This document shows, one piece after another, positions 51,485-64,000 of a stretch of 64,000 nt of DNA. This DNA is from Octopus bimaculoides. Taxonomy: Eukaryota. The stretch is from contig NC_068989.1 in assembly GCF_001194135.2 (NCBI RefSeq), positions 12,920,790-12,984,789 on the forward strand, in the 5' to 3' direction. Position 1 is the first letter of the stretch. Each line of letters begins with the position of its first letter. A model generated the notes under the pieces. It was given only the letters and a program-made list of their open reading frames with translations, searched no databases and was not told where the DNA came from. The position numbers and the translations under genes are program-made.

Positions 51485-54400
51485 TATATACAAATATACA
51501 AAGTATATAAAGATTAGTGAGGGAAATTAATGGAAATATTTTGTAGTAAACGAAGTGTTTGCTGAACTATATAATTATATTTTTCTTAATACCTTAAAAT
51601 GTGGTGACAAATCAAAAGCAACTGCACTGTATTTATCTGATTGCATATTACTTTTTATGGACGCATTTCGAGGACATTTTACTCACGATAACAGAGTCGA
51701 CTTCTGTTAGTAATAAATATATATTATACTATGTAATCGTGATTGTTAAGATCTTGATAAACAGTATTGATAATTCTTACCCTCTTCGTAAACGGTTGTA
51801 ATAATTTTCAGTTGTCTTGGACTTAGGAAAAATTAATTGCTTGATTTAGGACACGAAACGTTCATCCATCATGAGATTGTCTGACAGCCTCTGTACCTCT
51901 TGGCCAACAGCCAGTTTCTTCTTCGTATAAATGAAAATGTTATAATTTTACATTTTAATTGAAAGTTACACTTTCCCGCCTGATTCATTATCATGCGATC
52001 TGCATGATTTACAACTCTAAGAATACAAGATTAAAATTTTCCGGATAATTAACTTTTACTTTCCAGTGTAGTAGATACACTATTTTCATCAACACCACGT
52101 TACGATTTAATACTTCGATTGGCGTTCACGTTTCTTATTCCTGGATATGTACATTGTAAACATATTAATAATATTCGGAGATAAAGCTAATGAAACGTAG
52201 TGAAGACCTATGCATTACAAATATATACTCTTAATGTGAGGTTAATCGTCTGCAAAATGTTAATATTGGTAGTAACATCAACTAATCTTAGACATATAAT
52301 AATTATAAGTCCTTCTTTGGATAACACTGGGAGAAAAAATAAATGTACACCCCGCAATGAGACTTGAATGTTTAAAATGTCTTATATCATATATTTCGAA
52401 TCTTTACTGTTTACAAACGCTGGTTTTCTTTGTTTAATTCTCTTAAACACATAGAAATGAATCTTGATAAATCGCTATGTGAATTACAAGTAGAATCTAA
52501 GAATATTTTGGCAGATAAGAAAACTTTGCGAATCTACCGAGAAAGAATGTAAAGAAATATATTTAAGTTATATGAACGACTTGTTTAAAACATAGACCAA
52601 TTGATTTCCAGTTCAGGGATATAACTTCCTTTACCGTCATTAGTATAACATAACTGAATGTACATAATTATAAACAGAGTCATTTAACATCTTGTAGCAT
52701 GTGGCTCTAGCATGTAGCTGCCCTTATATATATANNNNNNNNNNNNNNNNNNNNNNNNNNNNNNNNNNNNNNNNNNNNNNNNNNNNNNNNNNNNNNNNNN
52801 NNNNNNNNNNNNNNNNNNNNNNNNNNNNNNNNNNNNNNNNNNNNNNNNNNNNNNNNNNNNNNNNNNNNNNNNNATATATACACTCAATTGAAACATGCAC
52901 CCAGTATCGATGATCCATCGGAGTAGTTGAGGAACTTCTCCAAATGATAAAACATTAGTTGGTAACTGTTTGTCTCTGTTATAGGAATGTATGGAAAGAC
53001 AGAATCTTTATGTACTAAAGTTCCCCTCATCAAGGCCCATATAAAATGAGTCTTCTTTCAAGTCATTAGTTTTCATGGTTCGAGGATTAGCTCCCGAAAA
53101 AATCCCAAGCACAAACCAGAAAATAAATTTGCGACAAAGATCAACCTTAAATTCTGGAAAACCAGCATTTTTCATAGGAAATATATCGCAAATACCAGAA
53201 CTGTGTGATGTCTCAAACGAGGGAAAATAGCTTGTCATTTTGAGAAGATTACTCCCTACGGTCAAATACTGAATAACACTACCCGAAAACCAAAGATGTT
53301 GAGGCTTTATATGGCAGTGGATCTACAGATAAACTTACCTGCTTAATTTGTGATCCCATAACACATTCAACAGTTAGATTTTTCATCCACGAATGATCAC
53401 ATCTCGGGGGAGCAGAACAGTAAGTTTCTATGGAATCAGCGCCAATTTCGCCAGTGGAGCTCTACTGTCATTCGTGTCCAGCTGCCGCTGAGCGAAAATC
53501 CATCTCTAACGGGTGTCCAGCGATAGAGCTAATTTGATGTGATTCTTAAACTAATTATGCGCAACGTTTATCACAGAAGCATTTAAAACAAGATCAAGTT
53601 TTTGTGGAAAGAGGCAGGCGATGAGGCATTTTAAAATAATACGTCTACAAAGAGGAAGTTATATATGTGAATATGATAACCACAGCTGCTTATAACCACG
53701 CGCGTTAGGACATTGTGTGTTTTTATTTATTTGTACGTGCGTATAGGAGTATGTGTGTTTATGTGTGTGTCTGTGAGTGTGTGTATTGTGTGTGCGTGCG
53801 TTAGTGTGTGCAGCCGGTCCCTCTATCTATAACAATTCCAGCCATTTTTTAAAGTGATTTTCATTGTTTACGCAGAAAATGTAGCAGTCCATGACATTTT
53901 TAGCCATTTAATAACTTTTCTCATCATCATTTCACATTTTACAAAACAAAAAATGTCTATGACATTATCCTGATTGATATTATTCTTTATAAACATGTTA
54001 ATGGATGACACTTACAAAAAATTTCCTACATAACATAAAGCCTACAACAATGCATACTGAATGTATTATTATTGAAAACTTACATTTTTTTTTATAGTTT
54101 GTTATTTGTAGAAGGCTAAGTGTGAAAGAGGAGTTTTTACATCATCCTTTCTAATTTCATATTTGTAATAAATAATATCAATCGCTATACTGCCATAAAT
54201 GTGTTTTTTTTTTCATCCTGTCCAATGTTAACAAAGAAGATATCGCATGGTTTAAAAATGTTATCGACTTCTTTCCTTTGAGAGTAAAAAAACACCAGTT
54301 TACTACCGATGTGTATATTTGGAAAGGTATTAGAGCATGATTATGAATTCAATTGTATGATATATATATATATANNNNNNNNNNNNNNNNNNNNNNNNNN

Positions 54401-55186
54401 NNNNNNNNNNNNNNNNNNNNNNNNNNNNNNNNNNNNNNNNNNNNNNNNNNNNNNNNNNNNNNNNNNNNNNNNNNNNNNNNNNNNNNNNNNNNNNNNNNNN
54501 NNNNNNNNNNNNNNNNNNNNNNNNNNNNNNNNNNNNNNNNNNNNNNNNNNNNNNNNNNNNNNNNNNNNNNNNNNNNNNNNNNNNNNNNNNNNNNNNNNNN
54601 NNNNNNNNNNNNNNNNNNNNNNNNNNNNNNNNNNNNNNNNNNNNNNNNNNNNNNNNNNNNNNNNNNNNNNNNNNNNNNNNNNNNNNNNNNNNNNNNNNNN
54701 NNNNNNNNNNNNNNNNNNNNNNNNNNNNNNNNNNNNNNNNNNNNNNNNNNNNNNNNNNNNNNNNNNNNNNNNNNNNNNNNNNNNNNNNNNNNNNNNNNNN
54801 NNNNNNNNNNNNNNNNNNNNNNNNNNNNNNNNNNNNNNNNNNNNNNNNNNNNNNNNNNNNNNNNNNNNNNNNNNNNNNNNNNNNNNNNNNNNNNNNNNNN
54901 NNNNNNNNNNNNNTATATATATACATATGCGCTTTTGTGTGTGTATGTTTGTGTGTGCCTGTGTGTTGTTTGTATGTACGTGTGCGTAAAGCGTATCTGT
55001 GCATGCAGGTGTCTGTTTGCGCTTTTGAGCTTGCGTGAATGTTTGAGGCGCTAACCTTAGCGCATCGTGTTGCTACAATTACATTAAAATACACATGTAC
55101 AAGAACGCATGCTTTTCTGTCAGAATATTAGGGTGTATACACATATGTGCGTGTAGATTTATATATAGAGACGTGTACCTATATTT

Positions 55187-55228
<42 letters not shown>

Positions 55229-56210
55229 GCACGCACACATTCATACATGCATACACACACACACACATACATATATGTATCAGCATGTATGTATAGCGTT
55301 TTTAATAGTGTCTGCATTTGATTCTGGTTCATAATATATTAGGTAACGGTTTAAGAGATTGCAATAAGTCATGAAAGCCAAGCGAATTTATCTCATTAAT
55401 TAATAGAATCAGTATTAATTCAATTATCTTTAATAGTTACATGTATACACTCACTCAATAATACACGCTCATAAATATGTAATTAGAAACTCTGACTGCA
55501 CAAACACACGCAAACACACAAACAGACGCATATAAAAATATATATGTTGTGTGTGTGTGTGTGTGTGTGTATTTATGTGTGTATGATTGTTTGCATGTGC
55601 GTAGGTGTGTGCGACCGTATGCGAGCGTCAACTTGGGCAGACTCAATCTTTTAATAATAGTGCATTAATATACAATCATAAATACATCACTACTTGCATA
55701 TGTGTGAGTATGCATGGATGCGTGTGCATATGAATCTGTGAAGCCTTATGTTGGGCCTGTGTATATGCATATCTGTGTCTTGAGTTTGTTCATATGTAAA
55801 GTTATTAAGTAAACTTTTGGATAATCTTTATTCTGTTCATTATTACGATAAATTTACTTAGTATATACGTATCTTCCAACCCCGCTTTTTACATTTTAGT
55901 CCTTGATACGTAGCTTATGTTAATATCTTATGAATTCGTACGAAATATCTGACGTTTTAACTGCTTAATACATTATGATTTCAGTTAAAAGTATTTGGCT
56001 CCCGATGCAAACAGTTATGAGCATATCAGTATATGTCCTTCCATGAATGTACGACTGCAACATCGTTTTCTACAATTCTACACACGAACACGCTGCGTGA
56101 GAATGTGTTTGTCTCTCAACATGAAAAACGGAGACAAATGTTTTTTGCGAGCAACGACTGAAACAAATGTAAAACAAATCAAGTAACATATAGAGCGACA
56201 GAAAAAAGAA

Positions 56211-56320
56211 CCAGGCTTACAAAGAATGAGTTCTGGGATCGATGTGCGCGACTAAAGGCGGTGCTCCAGCATAGCCGCAGTCAAATGACTGAAACAAGTA
56301 AAAAAAAGTAATAAAAAAGA
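56211..56320 (+). mobile_element. SINE family A, 3' fragment
   Basis: GGCTTACAAAGAAT..CTGGGATCGAT..CGACTAAAGGCGGTGCTCCAGCATAGCCGCAGTCAAATGACTGAAACAAGTAAA. Confidence 0.9.
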
Positions 56321-56414
56321 GAATAGGGTGGAAGAAAGAGAATAGTGAAATAAGATTAGGTTGTAATATAAATAATATTATTTTTGCCATAAATTGTTCT
56401 TTTACATTCCGATT

Positions 56415-56620
56415 AAGGTACAAGTCTAACTGTTACGAGGGTGAGGATAAGCAGATGCCATCAACCTCTGAACCCATGACAGGTACATTATTTTATCGAC
56501 CCCGAAAGGATGAAAGGCAAAGTCGACCTCGGCGGAATTTGAACTCAGAACGTAACGGCAGACGAATTACCGCGAAGCATTTCGCCCGGAGTGCTAACGT
56601 TTCTGCCATCTCGCCGCCTT
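56415..56620 (-). mobile_element. SINE family B (5' part well conserved)
   Basis: ATCGACCCCGAAAGGATGAAAGGCAAAGTCGACCTCGGCGGAATTTGAACTCAGAACGTAACGGCAGACG...TTTCTGCCATCTCGCCGCCTT. Confidence 0.9.
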
Positions 56621-56649
56621 AATCCTGCTGCTAATCCACTTGGCCATTT

Positions 56650-56906
56650 AATTAAATAACCATGTAGCCTCCTGCCCAGGGTGATGAAAGAGTGCTCAAA
56701 TGCATGTGCTCACACACTCCACCAAATCGACCACATTTTGTGAAAAGGTGAACGCTGTACCACGCATCAGATGACGAAGTGATCTCAGGGCAATGTAATA
56801 TGGAGTATTTTGCTAAAGGACACAGCGCACCATCCGGTTTGTGAACTGAAACTGCAATCTCGCGAGGGTGAATACAATTCACCAACTATTATGCCATACG
56901 TCCTCC
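56650..56906 (-). mobile_element. old family C-like SINE, variant 4
   Basis: Minus head GGAGGACGTATGGCATAATAG...GCGCTGTGTCCTTTAGCAAAATACT resembles variants 2 and 3; the 3' body is different. Confidence 0.6.
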
Positions 56907-57523
56907 CTATTACATAATAATAATAATATTCATAAACTATATTCTATTAAACCCGTTTTCTCGGTTTACCTGGCAGAAATCCTTTGTGTAACATTTTTTA
57001 TTTAAGCTAATCAAGGAGTTCCCTATATCATTTTGAACCCCATTACATGAATATCATATTAATGTAAGGAAGGCTTTTTTCTATCTCGCGTATATTGGTA
57101 ACATTTTCTCCCACATTCGTTATACGATATGCGCTGTTAAAGATTCTGTAGTAATTGTCTCGTAATTCTTTAGAGTAATTTAGTTGATATATGAGTTTAA
57201 TGGCCACAAGTTTGAAACTCAACCGCTTCATGAATTTTGATAAGCGTCTGCACGTGTAATTTCTCGTGTTTATATATATTAATGTATATATATATATNNN
57301 NNNNNNNNNNNNNNNNNNNNNNNNNNNNNNNNNNNNNNNNNNNNNNNNNNNNNNNNNNNNNNNNNNNNNNNNNNNNNNNNNNNNNNNNNNNNNNNNNNNN
57401 NNNNNNNNNNNNNNNNNNNNNNNNNNNNNNNNNNNNNNNNNNNNNNNNNNNNNNNNNNNNNNNNNNNNNNNNNNNNNNNNNNNNNNNNNNNNNNNNNNNN
57501 NNNNNNNNNNNNNNNNNNNNNNN

Positions 57524-57572
<49 letters not shown>

Positions 57573-58372
57573 ATGTATGGGTACATGTACATGAATGTAT
57601 GTACGTATGTATAAATTCTTTCACAATTGCGTATGTCTTATTTCTACAAGTGCTTTGCTCGCAAGTATAGCTCAGTATATGCATGTGTGTATGTAGGAAC
57701 CCGCCCCACCCCTACTAAGTTTTTTTTTCCCTAATTAGAACCAACCCAGGATAATTTCCCATTTTAATATATAACCAGCGTTCTCTGCCTCTTCTAAGCA
57801 AATGAAGAGAAAGCTTTAAATCTGACATAACACATACAAAACTATTATGCAATTATTGATACCATACTAAACAAATATTTTATTCGACATTCGAACATAT
57901 TGAGACATTCCTTATGTTGCTAGCTTCCCTTTATAGCTGTTAGAACGTAACTCATTGTCCTAAGGATGGGACACGACCATTGCATCTTGTGTTTGCTCGT
58001 GGGAGCGGGTGGCGCGTGTTGTCCTGGAGGCAACACTTCCTTTCATACTGTTTCAGCTCATCCAAATGAAACAGATTGTCAGCAGCTTGCAGGGTAGAAA
58101 GGATGTCATCTGTTGCAAAACTTTCCGGGGATTCGCGTCTTGTTTAAGGGGTATCGTGTAACCGGGTTCGGAGAAACGCCGCATGAATAGAAATGAGCGA
58201 GATCTCTAGCCTTGAGACAGTAGCCTTGAGACAGATTTTTGACTTAAACAAATGTTTGCATATATTCACATACCTTTATATACTTACAGTCATAGATACA
58301 CACACACACATCCACACATCTATTTATCTATCTCTCTATCTATTTACACACACACACACGCACGAACGCACA

Positions 58373-58432
<60 letters not shown>

Positions 58433-59046
58433 TATGGGGGAATTGTTACATTGTATTTATTTGATGGTTAATATTATATTTTCATTGTCTTTTTCTTTCT
58501 TGTTAGGGTCATTATATTAAAATTACAAAATTCTATTGAAGAAAATCCAAATTGCTGAACTCACTATCATTATGACCTCTCTTAGATTTTCCTGCTATTA
58601 TTGACGTGCATTTAGAGAAACCGTATTGTTATTGGTTCTTCCCTTATACTTTAGACCAACGTACTTAAACAAAATTAATAAATGGAAAACTGCAGTCCTC
58701 TTAATATTTTGTTCAAGATAAATGTAGCTATCAAAAGACATATCAAATTGTTCCCCTCACTACTGTAATTACGAATGGGTATCTTATTTCTGTTGATGAA
58801 GTGTTCTCCTTACTATTCGAGTGTGTATTTCATTTGTACTCTCGTGGCAGGCTATCATACATATATACATACATACATACATAAGTACATACATACATAC
58901 ATATAACGTATATGCATATACACAAGCGAGTCTGTGCATGTATATCTATGTATACAAACAAATATACACGCATACATATATATGCATATACATGCGTTTG
59001 TATATATGTTAATACCCTCTATCAGTGTCTGTACATAAAACATACT

Positions 59047-59088
<42 letters not shown>

Positions 59089-61286
59089 NNNNNNNNNNNN
59101 NNNNNNNNNNNNNNNNNNNNNNNNNNNNNNNNNNNNNNNNNNNNNNNNNNNNNNNNNNNNNNNNNNNNNNNNNNNNNNNNNNNNNNNNNNNNNNNNNNNN
59201 NNNNNNNNNNNNNNNNNNNNNNNNNNNNNNNNNNNNNNNNNNNNNNNNNNNNNNNNNNNNNNNNNNNNNNNNNNNNNNNNNNNNNNNNNNNNNNNNNNNN
59301 NNNNNNNNNNNNNNNNNNNNNNNNNNNNNNNNNNNNNNNNNNNNNNNNNNNNNNNNNNNNNNNNNNNNNNNTATATATCATATATACAGAGCGTGTGACA
59401 ATAATTACATATATATACATGTGTAATACGTGTGTATATACGGGCATATATAGAATTGTATGCTTGTACCTGAATATTATAACTTAATTTAATTTGCACT
59501 TATGCTTAAGCCCGTGATATTTGAAGTGCGAGTGATACATATGTGTTTGTATAAATATCATTCACATATTTGAATATATGTCTGTTTTGCTAGCCGAGCC
59601 TGGTTTTACAAACATGTGTAAGACATTGAGTAGATTTACAAAATACTTTTTGTTTATATAAGTGTATAAAGTTTTGTGTAAAAATGACTAAGTTTAAATG
59701 TACAGAAATCTGCACCAGTGCAGGAGTGTTTCTGTATGGCTAATCACTGTAGTAACACACAAAACAGACACTTTAACATATAAATTTATTGCTAGAAATT
59801 AAACTGTGTTATATCACCAGTCTGGCCGAACAGATGGTCAATTTCTCAGTAGCACTCTTCATACGAACAATACATGGGACAACATTTTCTCGATGCATCT
59901 TCATACTCAAGTGGTTGAATACAGGGTCGAATCCCATAAATGTCACCAAAAACCGTGTACTTAGGGTGAGGAGTTGGGAGCATAGCTGATTGTCTTAAAA
60001 TGCGGCAAATACATGTAAAAACCCTTTCTTTTAATTTGAACTCTTGACCTTAATTCTACTTTCTTTTGGCACTGGGAATATCCTGTCTTTTAATATCTTT
60101 TTATTTACACATACACGCCAAAACACATGAATTGCTTTGTATACATCGACTTATCTCTTTTCCACTCTGTATATCTATGAATCAATCTATCTACCCATTT
60201 CACTATATGTGCGCATATATATGTTTGAGCCTGTGTGTATATTTATATACATATGTATGTGTGTGTAATATATAAAGCGTAAGAGACTATATTTGCATTT
60301 ACTTGTGCTTTATACAGATTATCTAAATATGATTCATAAGAATTTAATGTTTTATGTATGGATGTATATGACCATGACGTATGTATAAGAGAGAGACTGA
60401 GTGTGTGTGTGTGTGTGTGTGTATGTGTGTGCATTAATGAAAAGTAACTGCATTCACGATGTAGACCATTGTCATGATCTGCTTATTTTGAGGTAGTTGT
60501 ATGAGAACTGTACTAGTTGTTATTGACGTCACTGTTGTTGTTGTTGTTGATATAGTGTTCAGTTTCTATGATTGCATAAAAATCTGATAATACATCGTCC
60601 ATCTTTAAGTATGTGTTTACTATAGAAAAAGGAAGTAGGCTCTGTCTGAAGCGAAAGGCTGAGCGCTATTGAAAATAACCATTCATATTTCATATTTATC
60701 CCAGCTAATCAGTAATATTATCTCTAGAAAATTAACTCCATCATCTCAGCAAAAGCAGGTGGCAGTAAACATAACGAAATCACATGCATGTTCTTGAGAA
60801 GCTCTCTTCGTATTTACGCGAAAACATAGTAGTTTAGTATATATTAAAATAGCAAAATTTCGAAAGAGGTATTTTTCCCAGCTTCTTTTCTGTCCGGGAT
60901 TGAGTTTATGGATGGAGAAAAGGCCATCAAGACAGTGCTTTCTTATGTTTGCAAGGGTCGTTTGGTACGAAACAAACAATAGACTTACGATTTCAGTAAT
61001 CTCAGCAGAAATATTTGCATAGCTTTTGTTTTGAAACTGGATTTGAACTTTTAGAAATAATACATTTCTAAATCTCTAAGAGAGATTTATGCAGTAGTGA
61101 TACGATGCAGTAGTTGTATGCTGTAAACATAAGGACACAGGAAGTGTGTCAAGGCCGGCAGGAAGCGGTGCAGTTTCCTAGGTCTAACCAACAGTAGTAT
61201 TTTTCTTTTCAGGGGACTGTCACATTAAGTTGACAGTATACAACTACTGGATTTGAACTCTGTAAAATCAAATGGATTTAATTGCA

Positions 61287-61538
61287 TTGTGTTGGTGTAT
61301 AATTATTGCGGCTTTTTTTCAATAAATTTATTCGATAAAAACAATAACAATATTTAACAAAAACATCTTTAAATGACGATCTGACCGTCTGCCAGGCAAA
61401 TGGGAAGCAGTAATTGAAGTAGATGGTGAATATGCTCCGGAATAATCATTTAAAGATGTTTTTGTTACATGTTGTTATAGTGTTTGTTGAATAAAACTTG
61501 TTTAAAAAAAAGGCCACAATAATTATGCACCAACCCAG
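61287..61538 (+). mobile_element. mariner-derived MITE with long imperfect TIRs and a central transposase C-terminal remnant
   Basis: TTGTGTTGGTGTATAATTATTGCGGC ... GCCACAATAATTATGCACCAACCCAG|TA. Perfect inner 21-bp inverted repeat at 61356-61376 / 61446-61466. The centre 61383-61445 reads DRLPGKWEAVIEVDGEYAPE* (mariner LPxRW..V...GxY-like ending). Confidence 0.85.
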
Positions 61539-63951
61539 TATGTAAAATTATATCTCTTGCAGAATCAATACATTTAGTAAGAATTGCAGGGAAATAGATT
61601 GCATTTAGAAGCAAATATCTACTGACTGGCGAGAAGAAATCTTTAATATCCAACAATAAAAATTTAATGTATTTCTTATAGATTGGAACTATTGAATACC
61701 ACTGTATATATTTGTACATAACGGCAGAACGGTAAAAACGTGAGTCTCTTTATGGTTGGTAGAATATTTTCCAACTAATAGTATTGATATTCCTGTGCTG
61801 GATTTAGTGTGGCTAATTACTCTAATGCAGTGTTTATTTTCGTAATTGTGCTTCTGGTAATTAAATGCAAAATAGCGTTAAGGAGGGAATCGTCAACTTC
61901 CATCATCAAAGACGTGATTAAAATTGATTTGTTGATTTTGTTTACTTATCTCATCACATAGTTTCTAAATCGTTTTCTTGAAATATTTTCTTTATAGATA
62001 ATAAGAATCAGTGGTTTTGTAAAGTCCACTTAGTATATAATTGTGTTTTTGCTTCATTAAAGTTCTCTTTTTGTTTCAGAAATTTAATTTTGGGGATGGA
62101 ATGAACAATGGTTTAACAGCCGGCGGATATTTTCTTTTTATTTGAACCCAAAGGCTGTTGAATGATCTCTCATCGTGCCTATCAAAATCAGTCCACCCCA
62201 CATTAGTTTTTGCTTTGTTTCTTTTTTTTTTCGGTTTGTAGATCTTGTTTTCTGTATTGAATAGTTAAATTAAGTTTCCATGGGAACTATAATATCGATG
62301 CTTTTGCTGAAAAAGTTATGTAATTTTGGTAAATTTTGCGTGTTGCTTTGTAAAACGCTCAACACAGAGCTATTAGAACGGCAACTAGTATTCTGAGAAA
62401 TGAGTATAAAGAACTCAATTTGGCTAATGTACAATCCTAAGCATTTATGTTTGGTATGTAAATTTAATGAATTAATTAGTTATGCAACAAAGAATTTCAA
62501 TGAAGGCTTATTCTTAGACTTTCATTTATATTTGGATAAGGAACGCAAAAAGAAATAGACCGTAGGTTAATTCCATATAGAGACTGACACTTCAGCGGTA
62601 ATTATGGACCTCAATCTATCAAAGGAGCCCGATATACTTATAAATGTTAATTATTATTTACGTGCATTACGCAATGTCTGATGATATGATTAATTTCTAG
62701 GTTGATATGTTTTCTCTGTATAATGATTAAATCATTAAATTCTGTATTTCAATAATAGCTTATTATAAGTATGTCATATATTGACTCAAATATAAAGAGG
62801 AAGTTTACTTGAAATTTAAAGGATAATGAAAACATTTCTGTTGAAATACATTGAACAAATTTCCAGCTATATTTCATATATCTGGATTAAGTATATAACT
62901 CTGTAAAAGGAAGAAAAACATTTAAACTGAAATAAAGGGTGTATAAAATTCGTGATTTAGTTATTCAGTGTATGTTTGGTTACATTTTTACCTGGGAATA
63001 TCACTGTACCTAATGCAAAAATGATTTTATACATTTCCTGATGAATGCGATAAATGCGTAAAAGAGTAAGCTAGAAATTTATGATGTCCAAAGAGTTATA
63101 AAATATGAAAACAAGTTTGCTTTGATTTATTTTACCCGATATGGCTTAGTTTCCATTATATTGCATGATATTTTATATATCTCAATCTAATGAGCGGTAA
63201 AGTCAATACAAAATATGATAGGACGAAAATTGAAAGCACTCCCTAGCCAATAAATATAAATATATAGATAGATAGATATAGATAGATAGATTACATTTTA
63301 TATATTGCCATTTCATATAAATTACCACATCTCTACGTAAAATTTCAGAAATGGACACATTCAGAGTGATACGTCTATCTACTAATCTACATGTCTCTTT
63401 CAGCCTCTCCCTCTCTTCTTCTCTCGCTATCTATTTCTTCCTGTCTCTCTTACGCTCTCATTCTGTTACTCCCCCTCCCTCTCTCTCTCTCTCTCTGTCT
63501 ATGTATCTCTATAATTCTCTCATGCTCTTTATCTCTCCCTGAATATATATATAAATGTGCGTGGGTATGAGAGCCAGTGTGGGTGTGCGTGTTCATGTGT
63601 GTGTGTGGGTGGGGGGGGGCTCTGTCATGTGAATGTGTATGTGAGTGTGTGTGATTATCGGAAACAAATGAAACTGATGTTTACTATAATTGTTTGAAAA
63701 TAACTTCCGTATTTCAATGTTTATTTAACTATTTCGGATATTCAAATGCACCTTTTAAATAAATGCAAGATATACATGAACTTGTTCGTATACAGTGACG
63801 CACAAACACAAATAAGAATATGTTCATTTATATGTATATGCATGTGTGTGTGCGTGTATGTATGTGTGCCTGTGTGTTCATACATGTATGTATATATCTA
63901 CCTTTCTAAACGTTAGCATGTGTGCTTCTATATATATTTATATGTATATAA

Positions 63952-64000
<49 letters not shown>

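Noticed and set aside
58207-58234. Perfect 14-bp tandem duplication TAGCCTTGAGACAG x2
   Set aside because: A simple local duplication with no intervening element; not a CRISPR-like or regulatory array.
59905-59948. tRNA-like fragment (AAGTGGTT...GGGTCGAATCCC...GTCACCA)
   Set aside because: The A and B boxes are too close and there is no anticodon arm. At most it is a SINE or tRNA relic, not a tRNA gene.
63037-63066. CTGATGA followed by an ATGC/GCGT stem: hammerhead-like
   Set aside because: It is followed by AAAA rather than GAAA (essential G12 missing), and no stem I/III is evident.

Overview
AT-rich, microsatellite-dense eukaryotic non-coding DNA with 16 N-gaps, most of them flanked by simple repeats. 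The repeat landscape looks like a coleoid cephalopod (Octopus-type) intron or intergenic region; this assignment is inference. I could not recognise any host protein-coding gene, and nearly all ORFs in the supplied track are microsatellite or N-run artefacts. The window holds: (i) over 30 copies or fragments of tRNA-derived SINEs, which I label families A, B and C; (ii) three R4/Dong-type RLE non-LTR retrotransposon remnants of different ages plus a 3' stub, the younger ones sitting in (TAA)n arrays; (iii) a Penelope-like (PLE) GIY-YIG endonuclease relic; (iv) Tc1/mariner MITEs and a transposase relic; (v) an unclassified ~560 bp element bounded by (TAA)n; (vi) compound and higher-order simple repeats. 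The most interesting item is a tRNA-headed SINE at 16530-16820. Its 3' half contains an apparently complete minimal type I hammerhead ribozyme (16711-16756) with a palindromic stem III, the form known from Penelope-like elements. This suggests a Pol III SINE that uses a ribozyme and PLE machinery.
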